From positions 1-12,183 of the forward strand of contig CAZZXB010000085.1 of NCBI GenBank assembly GCA_964658025.1: DNA of 12,183 nt, read 5' to 3'. The notes under the pieces are model-generated. The model did no database searches, had not been told where the DNA came from, and saw only the letters and a program-made list of their open reading frames with translations. Shown here piece by piece: positions 1 to 9,655 of the stretch. The DNA comes from an uncultured Janthinobacterium sp. (GTDB lineage: Bacteria > Vulcanimicrobiota > Vulcanimicrobiia > Vulcanimicrobiales > Vulcanimicrobiaceae). The stretch's first letter is position 1, and every line of letters starts with the position of its first letter. The translations under genes were made by a program, and so were the position numbers.

Positions 1-1
1 A

Positions 2-73
2 TCTTCGGCCGCGCGACCGAGCGCGGCGCCTGCAGAATCTGCGACCGCGCAGCCGAGTGCGGCGCTTGCGGAC
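2..73 (+). repeat. Degenerate 36-bp tandem repeat (2 visible copies) in the dnaX linker
   Basis: 2-37 tcttcggccgcgcgaccgagcgcggcgcctgcagaa vs 38-73 tctgcgaccgcgcagccgagtgcggcgcttgcggac match at 28/36 positions without gaps. They encode SSAARPSAAPAE and SATAQPSAALAD. Confidence 0.65.
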
Positions 74-730
74 GCGCGGTCGGTGCGAGCCTCGCGAGAT
101 GCGGCGGCCGCTTCGAGCGATGCGGATCGTGCTCCGGGCGACGACGACTCCGACTCCGCATCGCGGCCGACGTCCGCGTCCCGAGAAACGTCCGAAGCGT
201 TAACCGCGGCGTCGAACGGCGTGCTCCCGAACGGGGCCGTCGCCGAAACGATCGACGCGACGTTCGATCCGATCGCGACCGCGGTTCCGCCGACGCAACC
301 GCGCGACGTACCGCAGGCTCCGGCGGCCGCCGTTCCGCCTTCGCCGACTCCCGAACCGCCGACGCTGCAGCGCGTCCGATCGCAGTGGGATCGGATTCGC
401 ACGCGTGCCGGCGAGCAGTATCGGCCGCTCCTGGGACCGCTCTCGCAGGCGACGGTCGACGCGCTCGAGGGCGATCGGCTCTCGATCGGCGTCGTCGACA
501 AGGTGCAGGAAGAGATCGTCCGCGGGCACGGCACGCTCGTGGAAGCGGCCGTTCTCGACGTGCTCGGCGTCGCGCTACGCGTGCGGTTCCAACCGCGTTC
601 GGCCGCGGTTCGCGGCGCGCGCCCGGCGCCGGCGCCGATCGCCGATGCGACGGCGGCAAGCGCGGGCGACCCGCGCGGCGAAATCGACCTCATGGCATAC
701 GCGCGCGAGCGGTTAGGTAAGACGGAGTAG
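2..730 (+). CDS. dnaX: DNA polymerase III subunit gamma/tau, C-terminal part (5'-truncated by the window)
   Basis: Frame 2 is open from base 2 (SSAARPSAAPAE...) to TAG 728-730. A long Ala/Pro/Ser/Asp linker precedes a compact domain (LQRVRSQWDRIR...LLGPLSQATV...LSIGV...LVEAAVLDVLGVALRVRF) resembling the tau C-terminal domain. It sits directly upstream of ybaB-recR, the conserved dnaX-ybaB-recR order. The AAA+ core is outside the window, so the call relies heavily on synteny. Confidence 0.8.
   Translation, partial: SSAARPSAAPAESATAQPSAALADARSVRASRDAAAASSDADRAPGDDDSDSASRPTSASRETSEALTAASNGVLPNGAVAETIDATFDPIATAVPPTQPRDVPQAPAAAVPPSPTPEPPTLQRVRSQWDRIRTRAGEQYRPLLGPLSQATVDALEGDRLSIGVVDKVQEEIVRGHGTLVEAAVLDVLGVALRVRFQPRSAAVRGARPAPAPIADATAASAGDPRGEIDLMAYARERLGKTE
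724..727 (+). promoter_or_regulatory. Shine-Dalgarno (GGAG) for ybaB
   Basis: GGAG lies 5 nt before ATG 733, inside the last dnaX codons. Confidence 0.7.
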
Positions 731-732
731 CG

Positions 733-1041
733 ATGAATCAAGCGCAGATGATGGCCCAGGTCAAGAAGATGCAAGCCGAGATGACCAAGGCGCAAGACGA
801 ACTCGCGGCGACCGTCGTGACCGGAACGGCCGGCGGCGGCGCGGTCGGCGTCGAGATGACGTGCGACTATCGCGTCGCGTCCGTAAAGCTCGGCAAGGAC
901 GCGATCGATCCCGAAGATCCCGAGACGCTCGAAGATCTGCTCGTGATCGCGTTCAACGACGCCGTCGCGAAAGCGCAAGAGACCTCGGGCAAACGGATGG
1001 GCGCGCTCACCGGCGGCATGCGCATCCCGGGTCTGATGTGA
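733..1041 (+). CDS. ybaB: YbaB/EbfC family nucleoid-associated protein
   Basis: 102 aa with the family pattern QMMAQVKKMQ..., VTGTAGGGAV, IDPEDPETLEDLLVIAFNDA and C-terminal TGGMRIPGL. Lies between dnaX and recR. Confidence 0.96.
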   Translation: MNQAQMMAQVKKMQAEMTKAQDELAATVVTGTAGGGAVGVEMTCDYRVASVKLGKDAIDPEDPETLEDLLVIAFNDAVAKAQETSGKRMGALTGGMRIPGLM

Positions 1042-1073
1042 ACGCCGCGTCCCGAGCGATCGCACGACCCTGA
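1038..1073 (+). other. Putative 11-codon bridging mini-ORF (MNAASRAIARP) between ybaB and recR
   Basis: GTG 1038-1040 overlaps the ybaB TGA (GTGA). Its own TGA 1071-1073 overlaps the inferred recR CTG start (CTGA). Translation is not demonstrated. Confidence 0.35.
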
Positions 1074-1675
1074 ACGCACTCGCGGGCCCCGTCCAGAGCC
1101 TCATCAACGAATTCTCGAAGTTGCCGAGCGTCGGTCCGAAGACGGCCGCTCGGCTCGTGTTCTATCTGCTCAATCGTCCGCGCGCCGAAGCCGAAGCGCT
1201 CGCGGACGCGATCATCGCGGTGAAAGATCGCGTGAAGCTCTGTTCGATCTGCTTCTCGCTCACCGAGGACGACCCGTGTTCGATCTGCACGGACGCGCGT
1301 CGCGACGCGACGATCGTCTGCGCCGTCGCCGAAGCGAAGGACATCTTCGCGCTCGAACGCACGGGCGCGTACCGCGGTCGCTATCACGTGCTCGGCGGGC
1401 TCATCTCGCCGATGGACGGCGTCGGCCCCGCGCAACTGCGCATCAAAGAACTCATCGAACGGATCGCGCACGAGAAACAAGTCGAACTCGTGGTCGCGAC
1501 CAACCCGAACGCGGAAGGCGAAGCGACGGCCCTGTACCTCTCGCGTCTGATCTCGCCGAGCGGCGTCAGCGTCACGCGTCTCGCCTACGGCCTGCCGATC
1601 GGCGGCGACCTCGATTACGCCGACGAAGTAACGCTCGCGAAAGCGCTCGAAGGCCGCAGACCGCTCTCGTCGTGA
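1070..1675 (+). CDS. recR: Recombination mediator RecR (probable CTG start at 1070; ORF track starts late at TTG 1121)
   Basis: HhH motif LPSVGPKTAARL, C4 zinc finger CSIC-x8-CSIC, YHVLGGLISPMDG, Toprim ATNPNAEGEATALYL and RLAYGLPIGGDLDYADEVTL. The conserved first helix (LAGPVQSLINEFSK) is in frame upstream of 1121. An in-frame TGA at 1034-1036 limits extension, and a CTG 1070 start gives 201 aa. Confidence 0.96.
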   Translation: MNALAGPVQSLINEFSKLPSVGPKTAARLVFYLLNRPRAEAEALADAIIAVKDRVKLCSICFSLTEDDPCSICTDARRDATIVCAVAEAKDIFALERTGAYRGRYHVLGGLISPMDGVGPAQLRIKELIERIAHEKQVELVVATNPNAEGEATALYLSRLISPSGVSVTRLAYGLPIGGDLDYADEVTLAKALEGRRPLSS

Positions 1676-3699
1676 CGGACGCACGGCGGCCCGACGACGC
1701 ACCGCGTGAGGCGCGCGACCGTGCGTCGCAGAGCGAAGACGCGGATCCGTCGGTCCCCGAACACGACGCGGGGCGGCTCGCGCGCGCGGTCGCGAAAAAA
1801 ACGGCGAATCGGCTCGGGTGGAAACTCATCGGGCGCGAGCTCGTCGAGATCAAGATCGAGCGCTCGTTTCATTTCGGGCCGCGGACCGCGATCGTGCGCG
1901 GGCGCGTTCAGGTGCCGACGCCGGACGAGATGACGGCGGAGGCGGGCGAAGCGGCGCTCGCGCCGATCGTCGATCCGGTCGTCGGAAAATTCCGACACGC
2001 GATGGAACGCGCGGCCGCGAAGATCCTCACCGAGCCCGACGATGCGGCCAAGCGCCACGTCTACCAGCATTCGTCGTTCTTCAGCGCGCTCGAACTCGCG
2101 CGTCGCGGGCTCGTGCTCGAATATCAGGAGCTCGAGAATCGTCGCGTCGAGGAGCGCGCGGAAGCGAGCCTCGGTCTCCAGTTCTATCTCGAGAGTCTGA
2201 CGCACGAAGCGCGCGCGTTCGAGTATTTCGTCGGGCCGACGAATTCGGGGAAGACGCACGCCGCGATCGAGGCGCTCTCCGAAGTCGAGTCGGGGATGTA
2301 TCTCGCGCCGTTGCGCCTGCTCGCGCTCGAGATCCACGAACGGATGAACGAGGTCGGCATCGTCACCTCGCTCGTGACGGGCGAGGAACGCGTGACGCTC
2401 GCGGGCGCGCGCCACGTGAGTTCGACCGTCGAGATGGTCGATCTCGGGCGACCGGTCGACGTCGCGGTCGTCGACGAAGCGCAGATGCTGCAGGACGAAC
2501 AGCGCGGCTGGGCGTGGACCCTCGCGATCGCGGGCGTGCGCGCGAAGCGCGTCATCATGTGCGGCTCCGAGGACGGTCTCGCTTCCGCGAAGCAACTCGC
2601 CGAGCGTCTCGGCGTGCCGATCGCGGTGCGCCGCTTCGAACGCAAGAATCCGCTCGAGGTCGTCGATGCGGTCTCGCTCGGCGAACTCAAGGCGGGCGAC
2701 GCGGTCGTCGCGTTCACGCGCAAAGACGTCGTCGAGCTGCAGGGTCGGATCAAGGCGTTCGGTCGGACGACGGCCGCGATCTACGGGTCGCTCTCGCCCG
2801 CGGTACGACGTCGCGAAGCCGAACGCTTTCGCTCGGGTGCGGCCGAGGTGCTCGTCGCGACCGACGCCATCGGTTTAGGGCTGAATCTTCCGATCCGTCG
2901 GCTCGTGTTCGCGGCGACGCAGAAGTTCGACGGCACGGCGCTACGGCCGCTCACGCCGCCCGAGATGCGTCAGATCGCCGGCCGCGCGGGCCGCTACGGG
3001 ATTCGCGAGCGCGGCTCCGTGACGACGCTCGATCCGCGAACGCTACCGTTCTTGCGCGCCGGGCTCGAACGCTACGAGGTCGCCGAGACGCTCCCGATCT
3101 GGATCTCGCCGACGGACGAACATCTGCGCCGACTCTCGCAGATCATCGGCACCGCGCAGTTGAGTCGGCTGCTCCAATTCTTCCAAACGCGCATCCGAAA
3201 ATCGGACGACACGGATCTGCGCATCGCCGACCTCACCGACACGATCGAGATCGCGATCGCCCTCGAGAGCTCCGATTCGTTCTCGAGCCTTCCGCTGCCG
3301 ACCCGCTCGACGTACGCCCGCGCGCCCGTCTCGACGCGCGGGAACGCGCTCATCGTGTTCGCGCGGTGGGCCGAGCGTCACGCGCTCGGCGGCACGGTCG
3401 ACGGCGGCGAACTCGCCTCGGGTCTGATCGCCCGCGACCGCCTGTTGTTGTTCGAAGATCGCTCGCGCCTCGCCACGCTCTACCTCTGGCTCGCGCAGCG
3501 CTTCCCCGACGTCTACACGAACGCGAGCGCCGTGACGCTCATGCGCGAACGCATCGACGAAGACATCCACGAAGCGCTCATGCGTCAGGGCGAAACCCCA
3601 CGCAAATTCGCGACCCAACCCAAGGGTAAAACCGCGGTCAAGACGTTCTCGCGCCGCAAGGGCCCGCCGAAATTCAATAAGCGCAAGCTGCCCAAGTAA
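1672..3699 (+). CDS. SUV3-family (mitochondrial-degradosome-like) SF2 RNA/DNA helicase, 675 aa
   Basis: GTG 1672 overlaps the recR stop. SUV3-type motifs: GPTNSGKT (I), YLAPLRLLALE (Ia), TGEE, STVEM, DEAQML..QRGWAWT (II), GDAVVAFTR, IYGSLSP, LVATDAIGLGLNLPIRR (V), KFDG, QIAGRAGRYG (VI) and the SUV3 C-terminal-like LYLWLAQRFP. Ends in a Lys/Arg-rich tail. Confidence 0.92.
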   Translation: MTDARRPDDAPREARDRASQSEDADPSVPEHDAGRLARAVAKKTANRLGWKLIGRELVEIKIERSFHFGPRTAIVRGRVQVPTPDEMTAEAGEAALAPIVDPVVGKFRHAMERAAAKILTEPDDAAKRHVYQHSSFFSALELARRGLVLEYQELENRRVEERAEASLGLQFYLESLTHEARAFEYFVGPTNSGKTHAAIEALSEVESGMYLAPLRLLALEIHERMNEVGIVTSLVTGEERVTLAGARHVSSTVEMVDLGRPVDVAVVDEAQMLQDEQRGWAWTLAIAGVRAKRVIMCGSEDGLASAKQLAERLGVPIAVRRFERKNPLEVVDAVSLGELKAGDAVVAFTRKDVVELQGRIKAFGRTTAAIYGSLSPAVRRREAERFRSGAAEVLVATDAIGLGLNLPIRRLVFAATQKFDGTALRPLTPPEMRQIAGRAGRYGIRERGSVTTLDPRTLPFLRAGLERYEVAETLPIWISPTDEHLRRLSQIIGTAQLSRLLQFFQTRIRKSDDTDLRIADLTDTIEIAIALESSDSFSSLPLPTRSTYARAPVSTRGNALIVFARWAERHALGGTVDGGELASGLIARDRLLLFEDRSRLATLYLWLAQRFPDVYTNASAVTLMRERIDEDIHEALMRQGETPRKFATQPKGKTAVKTFSRRKGPPKFNKRKLPK

Positions 3700-3786
3700 C
3701 GCCGTCCCCCGCGGGCTCCGTCGCGCGCGGCGTCGGGAACGTACCGGGGCGGGGCGGGTCGCCCGCGTGCAGAACGTGGGCGCGAT

Positions 3787-4752
3787 ATGGACGCGTCCGG
3801 ACCGACCGTGAGTCTCCGCCCGCTCGGAATCGGCGAGGTCTTGGACCGAGCCGTGACGCTCTGCGTGAAGTTTTTCGTGCCGTTACTCGTCGTGTACGTC
3901 GTGTTCGCGGTGCCGTACGGCATCGTCGCGTTCTACGGCGCGCACGACTACACGCAGATGGTGACGGCGCTCGGCGACGCCATGCGGACCAGCGCCGGCC
4001 ATCCGGCCCGCTCGCCCGCGGATCTCCAGCGCGAGCTCGCCGGGATACACGGCGGTCCGAGCCTCGTGCTCCTGGGGATCGCGGCCTTTTTCGTCGCGCC
4101 GCTCGCGCAGGCCGCGCTCATCGAGATGATCTCGGCCGACTATCTCGGTCGGCCCACGTCGTTCGCGCAGGCGTACGGCGCGGCGCTCGCGCGCTGGCTG
4201 CCGCTCGTCGGCATCAACCTCCTGTTCGCGGTACTCGGCGTCTTCGCGTACCTCGCGGCGATCGTCGTCGGACTCTTTCTCGGCGTCGCCGTCGCGATCG
4301 TGGCCCATTTCGTCGTGGGTCTCGGGATCGCGCTCGGGGTGATCTTCGGACTCACCTACCTGCTCGCGTTGCTCGCGTTCGGCGTCCTCGCGGTGCTCAC
4401 GTGGTATCTCTCGTACATGGCGTGCGTGGTGGAGAAGATGCCGAGCGCGGGCGCGTTCACGACCGCCGTGCGGCGCGTCTTCCGGTCGCTCGATATCAGA
4501 CGTTCGCTGTTGTTCGGTTTCGCGTTTCTCGCGATCGTCTTCGGCATCGCGCTCCTCTCGCTCGCCGGTACGGTCGGTATCGCCGAGCTCGTGCACAGCG
4601 ACGTCGTCGTATCGCTCTTCCAGATCGTGCTCTCGATCGTGTCGTCGATCTTCTCGCTCGCCGTGCTCTGCGTGTTCTACTTCGATCTGCGCGTGCGCGA
4701 AGAAGGGCTCGATCTCCAACTCGCCGCGCGCACCATCGCGCCCGCGATCTGA
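3787..4752 (+). CDS. Polytopic membrane protein of the type associated with DUF4129/DUF4350/MoxR/DUF58 clusters (GDPD-membrane-domain-like)
   Basis: 321 aa with about 6 long hydrophobic segments. N-terminal LRPLGIGEVLDRA and C-terminal YFDLRVREEGLDL match signatures I associate with this family. First gene of the overlapping operon. Confidence 0.8.
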   Translation: MDASGPTVSLRPLGIGEVLDRAVTLCVKFFVPLLVVYVVFAVPYGIVAFYGAHDYTQMVTALGDAMRTSAGHPARSPADLQRELAGIHGGPSLVLLGIAAFFVAPLAQAALIEMISADYLGRPTSFAQAYGAALARWLPLVGINLLFAVLGVFAYLAAIVVGLFLGVAVAIVAHFVVGLGIALGVIFGLTYLLALLAFGVLAVLTWYLSYMACVVEKMPSAGAFTTAVRRVFRSLDIRRSLLFGFAFLAIVFGIALLSLAGTVGIAELVHSDVVVSLFQIVLSIVSSIFSLAVLCVFYFDLRVREEGLDLQLAARTIAPAI

Positions 4753-5423
4753 ACGCGCCTCCCTCGCCCGCGAGCGACCCGAATCGGATCGCGCGCGAGA
4801 TCGTCGCGCAGTCCGCGTACGCGCACGCGAATCCGTCGATCGCCGTCTCTCCGCCGCGGACGCTCTGGGAGATCGCGTGGAACTGGTTCGTCGAGCACGT
4901 GTTGACGCCGATCTTCCGACCGCTCTTCGACGGGCTCGCGGCTGCTCACGGGTTCGAGACCGTGCTCGGCGCGGCGATGGTCGCGCTCGCGATGGGTGCG
5001 CTCGGCTTCGTCGCGATCCGGCTCGCGCTCGCGTTCGCCCGCGCGTCGTCCCCGCGCCCGGCGCCGGGCGATGGCTGGGAAATGCTCGAACGCGGGCGCG
5101 ACGCGGCGGCCTGGCGCGATCTCGCCCGTGCGGCGGCGACGCGCGGCGATTTCGCGCGTGCGATCGCGGCGCTCTGGATGGCGGCGCTCGTCCGCTTCGA
5201 CGAAACCGCGATCGTGGCGTTCGACGAGGCGCGCACGCCCGGCGATTATCGGCGGCTCGTCCGGCGATCGCTCGCCGCCGCCGGCGCGCCGTTCGACGCG
5301 CTCGCGCGTCGCTACGTTCTCGCGAAATACGCGCGCACGGATTCGGGACCGGACGATTTCGCGACCGCCGAGCACGATCTCGACGCGATCGAAGCGGCCC
5401 TCGGGACGCGGGCCCCCGCGTGA
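4749..5423 (+). CDS. DUF4129 domain membrane-anchored protein (probable CTG start at 4749)
   Basis: CTG 4749 overlaps the upstream TGA 4750-4752. Contains DPNRIAREIVAQSAY, a Trp-rich amphipathic segment, one TM helix, then AAATRGDFARAIAALW...ARTPGDYRR...FDALARRYVLAKY, typical of DUF4129. The ORF-track start at 4401 lies inside the previous gene. Confidence 0.82.
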   Translation: MNAPPSPASDPNRIAREIVAQSAYAHANPSIAVSPPRTLWEIAWNWFVEHVLTPIFRPLFDGLAAAHGFETVLGAAMVALAMGALGFVAIRLALAFARASSPRPAPGDGWEMLERGRDAAAWRDLARAAATRGDFARAIAALWMAALVRFDETAIVAFDEARTPGDYRRLVRRSLAAAGAPFDALARRYVLAKYARTDSGPDDFATAEHDLDAIEAALGTRAPA

Positions 5424-6577
5424 GGCGCGCGTTCGCCCGCATCGCGACGGTCGAAGGCGCGCTCGCGCTCGTCGGCTTCGCGGCGCTCGTCGCGATCGGC
5501 GTCGTCCGCGGCGCCGGGAGCGTCGATTCGAGGAACGTCGCGTCCTACTCGAGTTACGATTATGCGGGCGGCGGCTATCGGGCGTTCGCCGAACTGCTCG
5601 CCCGACGTGCGATTCGCGTCGAGCGATTCGAGCGGCCGGCGGCATATCTCGACGCGTCGGTCGATACGCTCGTGTGGGCCGATCCGTTACCGTTCGATCC
5701 GCGAGGGGTCGTGCCGTCGCGCGCCGACCTCCGCGCGCTCGAAGCGTGGGTTCGCGCGGGCGGTTCGTTGCTCTACGTCGGCGACGACGCGGCCGCGGCG
5801 AAGCAGGGCGTCCTGCATCTCCCGCGTCCGTACGCATCGACGACGCGGGTTCGCGGTCGCGCGTACGTCGCGCCGAGCCTCGCGTCGCGCGGCATCGCGC
5901 GCGTCGACGGCGGCAACGCGGCGCGCTGGGAACGGCGTCGCGACGTCGGGGTGCTCCTCGACGACGGCCGCGGTGCGTACGTCGCGACCTATGCGTACGG
6001 GCGCGGTCGCGTGACGGTCGCGAGCGATCGCGAGCTCTTCTCGAACGCGGCGCTCGCGACCGGCGATCGCGCGCGGCTCGCCGTCGCGCTCGCGTCGCCC
6101 GCGCGTCTCGGCGGAACGGTCGCGTTCGACGAAACGGTTCACGGCCATAGCATCCCGCTACACTGGTGGAACGTCGTACCGCGGCCGTTCGCATGGGCCT
6201 TGGCCTTCGCGGCGGTCGTGCTCTCGATCTCGTTCGCGGGAGCCGCGCTGCGTCTGGGACCGCCGATCGTGCCCTTCGCGCGCGACGACCGCGACGGCTC
6301 CGATTTCTTGAACGCGCTCGCGTCGCTCTTGCGCCGCGGGAAGACCGAGACCGAAACGCTCGCGAGCGCGCACGCGTCGACCGCGCGCGTTCTCGCGCGG
6401 CGGCTCGGACTCGCCGCGGGCGCCGACGACGCGACGATCGCCGCGCGCCTCGGTCGCGCGGAGGATCGCGAGGCGTTCGCGACGCTCGCGACGTCGGCGC
6501 GCGGGCGATCCCCGAGTTCGGGCGAATTCGTACGCGGGGTCGCGATCGCGCGACGGCTACGAAAGGATCCGCCCTGA
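5420..6577 (+). CDS. DUF4350 domain membrane protein, 385 aa
   Basis: GTG 5420 overlaps the upstream stop. N-terminal [64 protein letters not shown], a second TM followed by RLGP, and a helical cytoplasmic tail. Confidence 0.85.
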   Translation: MRRAFARIATVEGALALVGFAALVAIGVVRGAGSVDSRNVASYSSYDYAGGGYRAFAELLARRAIRVERFERPAAYLDASVDTLVWADPLPFDPRGVVPSRADLRALEAWVRAGGSLLYVGDDAAAAKQGVLHLPRPYASTTRVRGRAYVAPSLASRGIARVDGGNAARWERRRDVGVLLDDGRGAYVATYAYGRGRVTVASDRELFSNAALATGDRARLAVALASPARLGGTVAFDETVHGHSIPLHWWNVVPRPFAWALAFAAVVLSISFAGAALRLGPPIVPFARDDRDGSDFLNALASLLRRGKTETETLASAHASTARVLARRLGLAAGADDATIAARLGRAEDREAFATLATSARGRSPSSGEFVRGVAIARRLRKDPP

Positions 6578-6579
6578 TC

Positions 6580-7538
<959 letters not shown>

Positions 7539-7542
<4 letters not shown>

Positions 7543-8324
7543 GCGCGCTCGCGCGCGCGTCTCACGGCGGCGTCGCGCACGTCGCGCTCGATCGCCCGCA
7601 CGTCCGTAACGCCCTCGACGCCGCGTCGATCGCCGAACTCCGCGCGACGTTCGACGAACTCGCGCGCGACGCGAGCGTTCGCGTGATCGTGCTCTCCGGA
7701 AATGGAAGCGCGTTCTGCGGCGGCGCGGATCTCGCGTGGATGCGCGCGTCCGCGGAGCTCACGTACGACGAGAACGTCGCCGACGCGACGGCGCTCGCGA
7801 CGATGTTCCGCGCGATCGATCGCTGCCCGAAACTCGTCGTCGGTCGGGTGAACGGCGCGGCGTTCGGCGGCGGCGTGGGACTCGCGGCGGCCTGCGACGT
7901 GGTGGTCGCCGCGGACGACGCCGTCTTCGCGCTCTCGGAGACGAAGCTCGGCCTCGTTCCCGCGACGATCGTGCCGCTCGTGCTCGCGAAGATCGGTCCC
8001 TCGCACCTGCGCGCGCTCGCGCTCACGGGCGAGCGCTTCGACGCGCGCCGCGCCGAGCGCATCGGTCTCGTCCACGCGGTCGTCGCCGCCGAGGCGCTCG
8101 ACGACGCGATCGATCGCGTCGTACGCGAGGCGATGCTCGCCGCGCCGGGCGCGATCGCGGCGGCGAAGGCGCTTTTCGCCGAGGTCGCCGATCTGTCGTA
8201 CGATGCGGCGCTCGCGCCGACGGCGTCGGCGATCGCCGCGCGGCGCGCGAGTCCCGAAGGGCGGGCGGGCGTGGCGGCGTTCCTCGAAAAGCGTCCGCCG
8301 CCGTGGAGCGCGGGCGGATCCTGA
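7539..8324 (+). CDS. Enoyl-CoA hydratase/isomerase (crotonase fold), methylglutaconyl-CoA hydratase-like, 261 aa
   Basis: GTG 7539 overlaps the moxR stop. [17 protein letters not shown] (oxyanion hole), [41 protein letters not shown] and [17 protein letters not shown]. Confidence 0.93.
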
Positions 8325-9655
8325 AGCCGGTCGCACCGAGGCTCTGGCTCTCGACGCGCGGCGCGTACGCGTTGCTCTCGGTCGCGTTCGTGCTGGCGCT
8401 CGCGAGCATCGCGCCCGCGTTCGTCGTCGCGTTTTGGGGCGCGCTCGCGGTCGTCGTCGCGCTCGTCGTCACCGATGCCGTGCTGATCCCGGGCGCGCGC
8501 GCCCTGCGCGTCGTCCGACGCCTTCCCGAGCACGCCGCGCTCCGTCGCGCGGCGACGATCGCGTACGACGTCGAGAATCGCGCGAACGTCGGCATCCGCA
8601 TCGGCATCGTCGAATCGCCGGTCGCGACGATCGCCTTCGACGCGGACACGATCGAACGCCGCGTCCCCGCGAACGCGCGCGCGACGGCGACGCTCGAGAT
8701 CCGTCCGCGCGAGCGCGGTCGCGCCGCCTTCGGCGCGACGTACGTGTGGGTCGAGACGCGCGTCGGGTTGCTGCGCCGTCGTTTCCGCACGGACGCGCCG
8801 TCCGCGGAGCTCCGCGTGTTCCCCGATCTCTCGGCCGTCGAACGGTACGGCACGCTCGCGAAGCGCAGCACGTTGCTCGATGCGGGTTTGCGGCGTCTGC
8901 GGCAACGCGGCGTCGGGACCGATTTCGAGAGTTTTCGCGAATATCAACCGGGCGATCCGTTCCGACTCGTCGATTGGAAGGCATCGGCGCGGCGCGGCCG
9001 GACGATGGTCGCGCAGTACGAAGTCGAGCGGAGCCAACAGGTCGTCGTCGCGCTCGATTGCGGTCGGGTGATGACGCCGCGGCTCGGACCGCAGCGCAAG
9101 TTCGACTACGCGCTCGCGGCGGCGTTATCGATCGCGCGCATCGCCGAACGCGCGAACGATAACGTCGGTCTCGTCGCGTTCGCCGCGAAACCGATCCTGG
9201 AACTCGCGCCGCGTCGCGGCGTCGCGCACGTCGCGGCGCTCGCTCGCGCCGCGTACGACCTGCAACCGCGTCTCGAAGAACCCGACTACGAAACGTTCTT
9301 CACGTCGCTCGCGCGTCGCTATACGAAGCGCAGCCTCATCGTGCTCTTCACCGATCTCTTCGATCCGGTCGCGTCGGCCGCGGTCCTCGCGGGACTCGGC
9401 GTGCTCGTACCGCGCCATCTCGTCATGTGCGTGCTCATGCGCGACGCCGCGATCGATCGCGCGCTCGACGAACCCGTGCGCGACGCGCCGGGCGCCTTCC
9501 GCACGGCCGTCGCGATCTCGCTCGCCGACGAACGCGCCGCCGCGATCTCGACCCTGCGCGCGCGCGGCATCATCGCGCTCGACGTCCCCGCCGAAAAGCT
9601 CACGGTCTCGATTCTCGACGCGTATCTCGACGTGAAGGCGCGCGGCCGCTTGTAG
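8321..9655 (+). CDS. DUF58 / von Willebrand factor A-like MoxR partner protein (probable CTG start at 8321; alternative TTG 8372)
   Basis: Two N-terminal TM helices and an Ig-like beta region (PRERGRAAFG...LRVFPD). DUF58 motif GTDFESFREYQPGDPFRLVDWKASARRG. VWA-like part VVVALDCGRVM, DNVGLVAF and LIVLFTD. Ends at TAG 9653-9655. Confidence 0.92.
   Translation: MKPVAPRLWLSTRGAYALLSVAFVLALASIAPAFVVAFWGALAVVVALVVTDAVLIPGARALRVVRRLPEHAALRRAATIAYDVENRANVGIRIGIVESPVATIAFDADTIERRVPANARATATLEIRPRERGRAAFGATYVWVETRVGLLRRRFRTDAPSAELRVFPDLSAVERYGTLAKRSTLLDAGLRRLRQRGVGTDFESFREYQPGDPFRLVDWKASARRGRTMVAQYEVERSQQVVVALDCGRVMTPRLGPQRKFDYALAAALSIARIAERANDNVGLVAFAAKPILELAPRRGVAHVAALARAAYDLQPRLEEPDYETFFTSLARRYTKRSLIVLFTDLFDPVASAAVLAGLGVLVPRHLVMCVLMRDAAIDRALDEPVRDAPGAFRTAVAISLADERAAAISTLRARGIIALDVPAEKLTVSILDAYLDVKARGRL

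Noticed and set aside
1..140. Frame-1 translation shows CxxC motifs (CRIC, CGAC, CGSC) resembling a zinc finger
   Set aside because: The TGC triplets arise out of frame from nnT-GCn (Ala) codons of the dnaX linker. Frame 2 runs continuously into the tau-like domain.
1068..1073. CCC-TGA 'shifty stop' suggesting a programmed frameshift into recR
   Set aside because: CCC-UGA promotes +1 shifts, but recR is in the -1 frame relative to the mini-ORF, and there is no slippery heptamer.
1241..1288. Direct repeat tgttcgatctgc (1241-1252 and 1277-1288)
   Set aside because: It encodes the two CSIC halves of the RecR zinc finger.
3700..3786. GC-rich inverted segments in the helicase-membrane gene gap as a terminator or ncRNA
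   Set aside because: Pairing is imperfect, there is no U-tract, and such pairing is expected by chance at this GC level.
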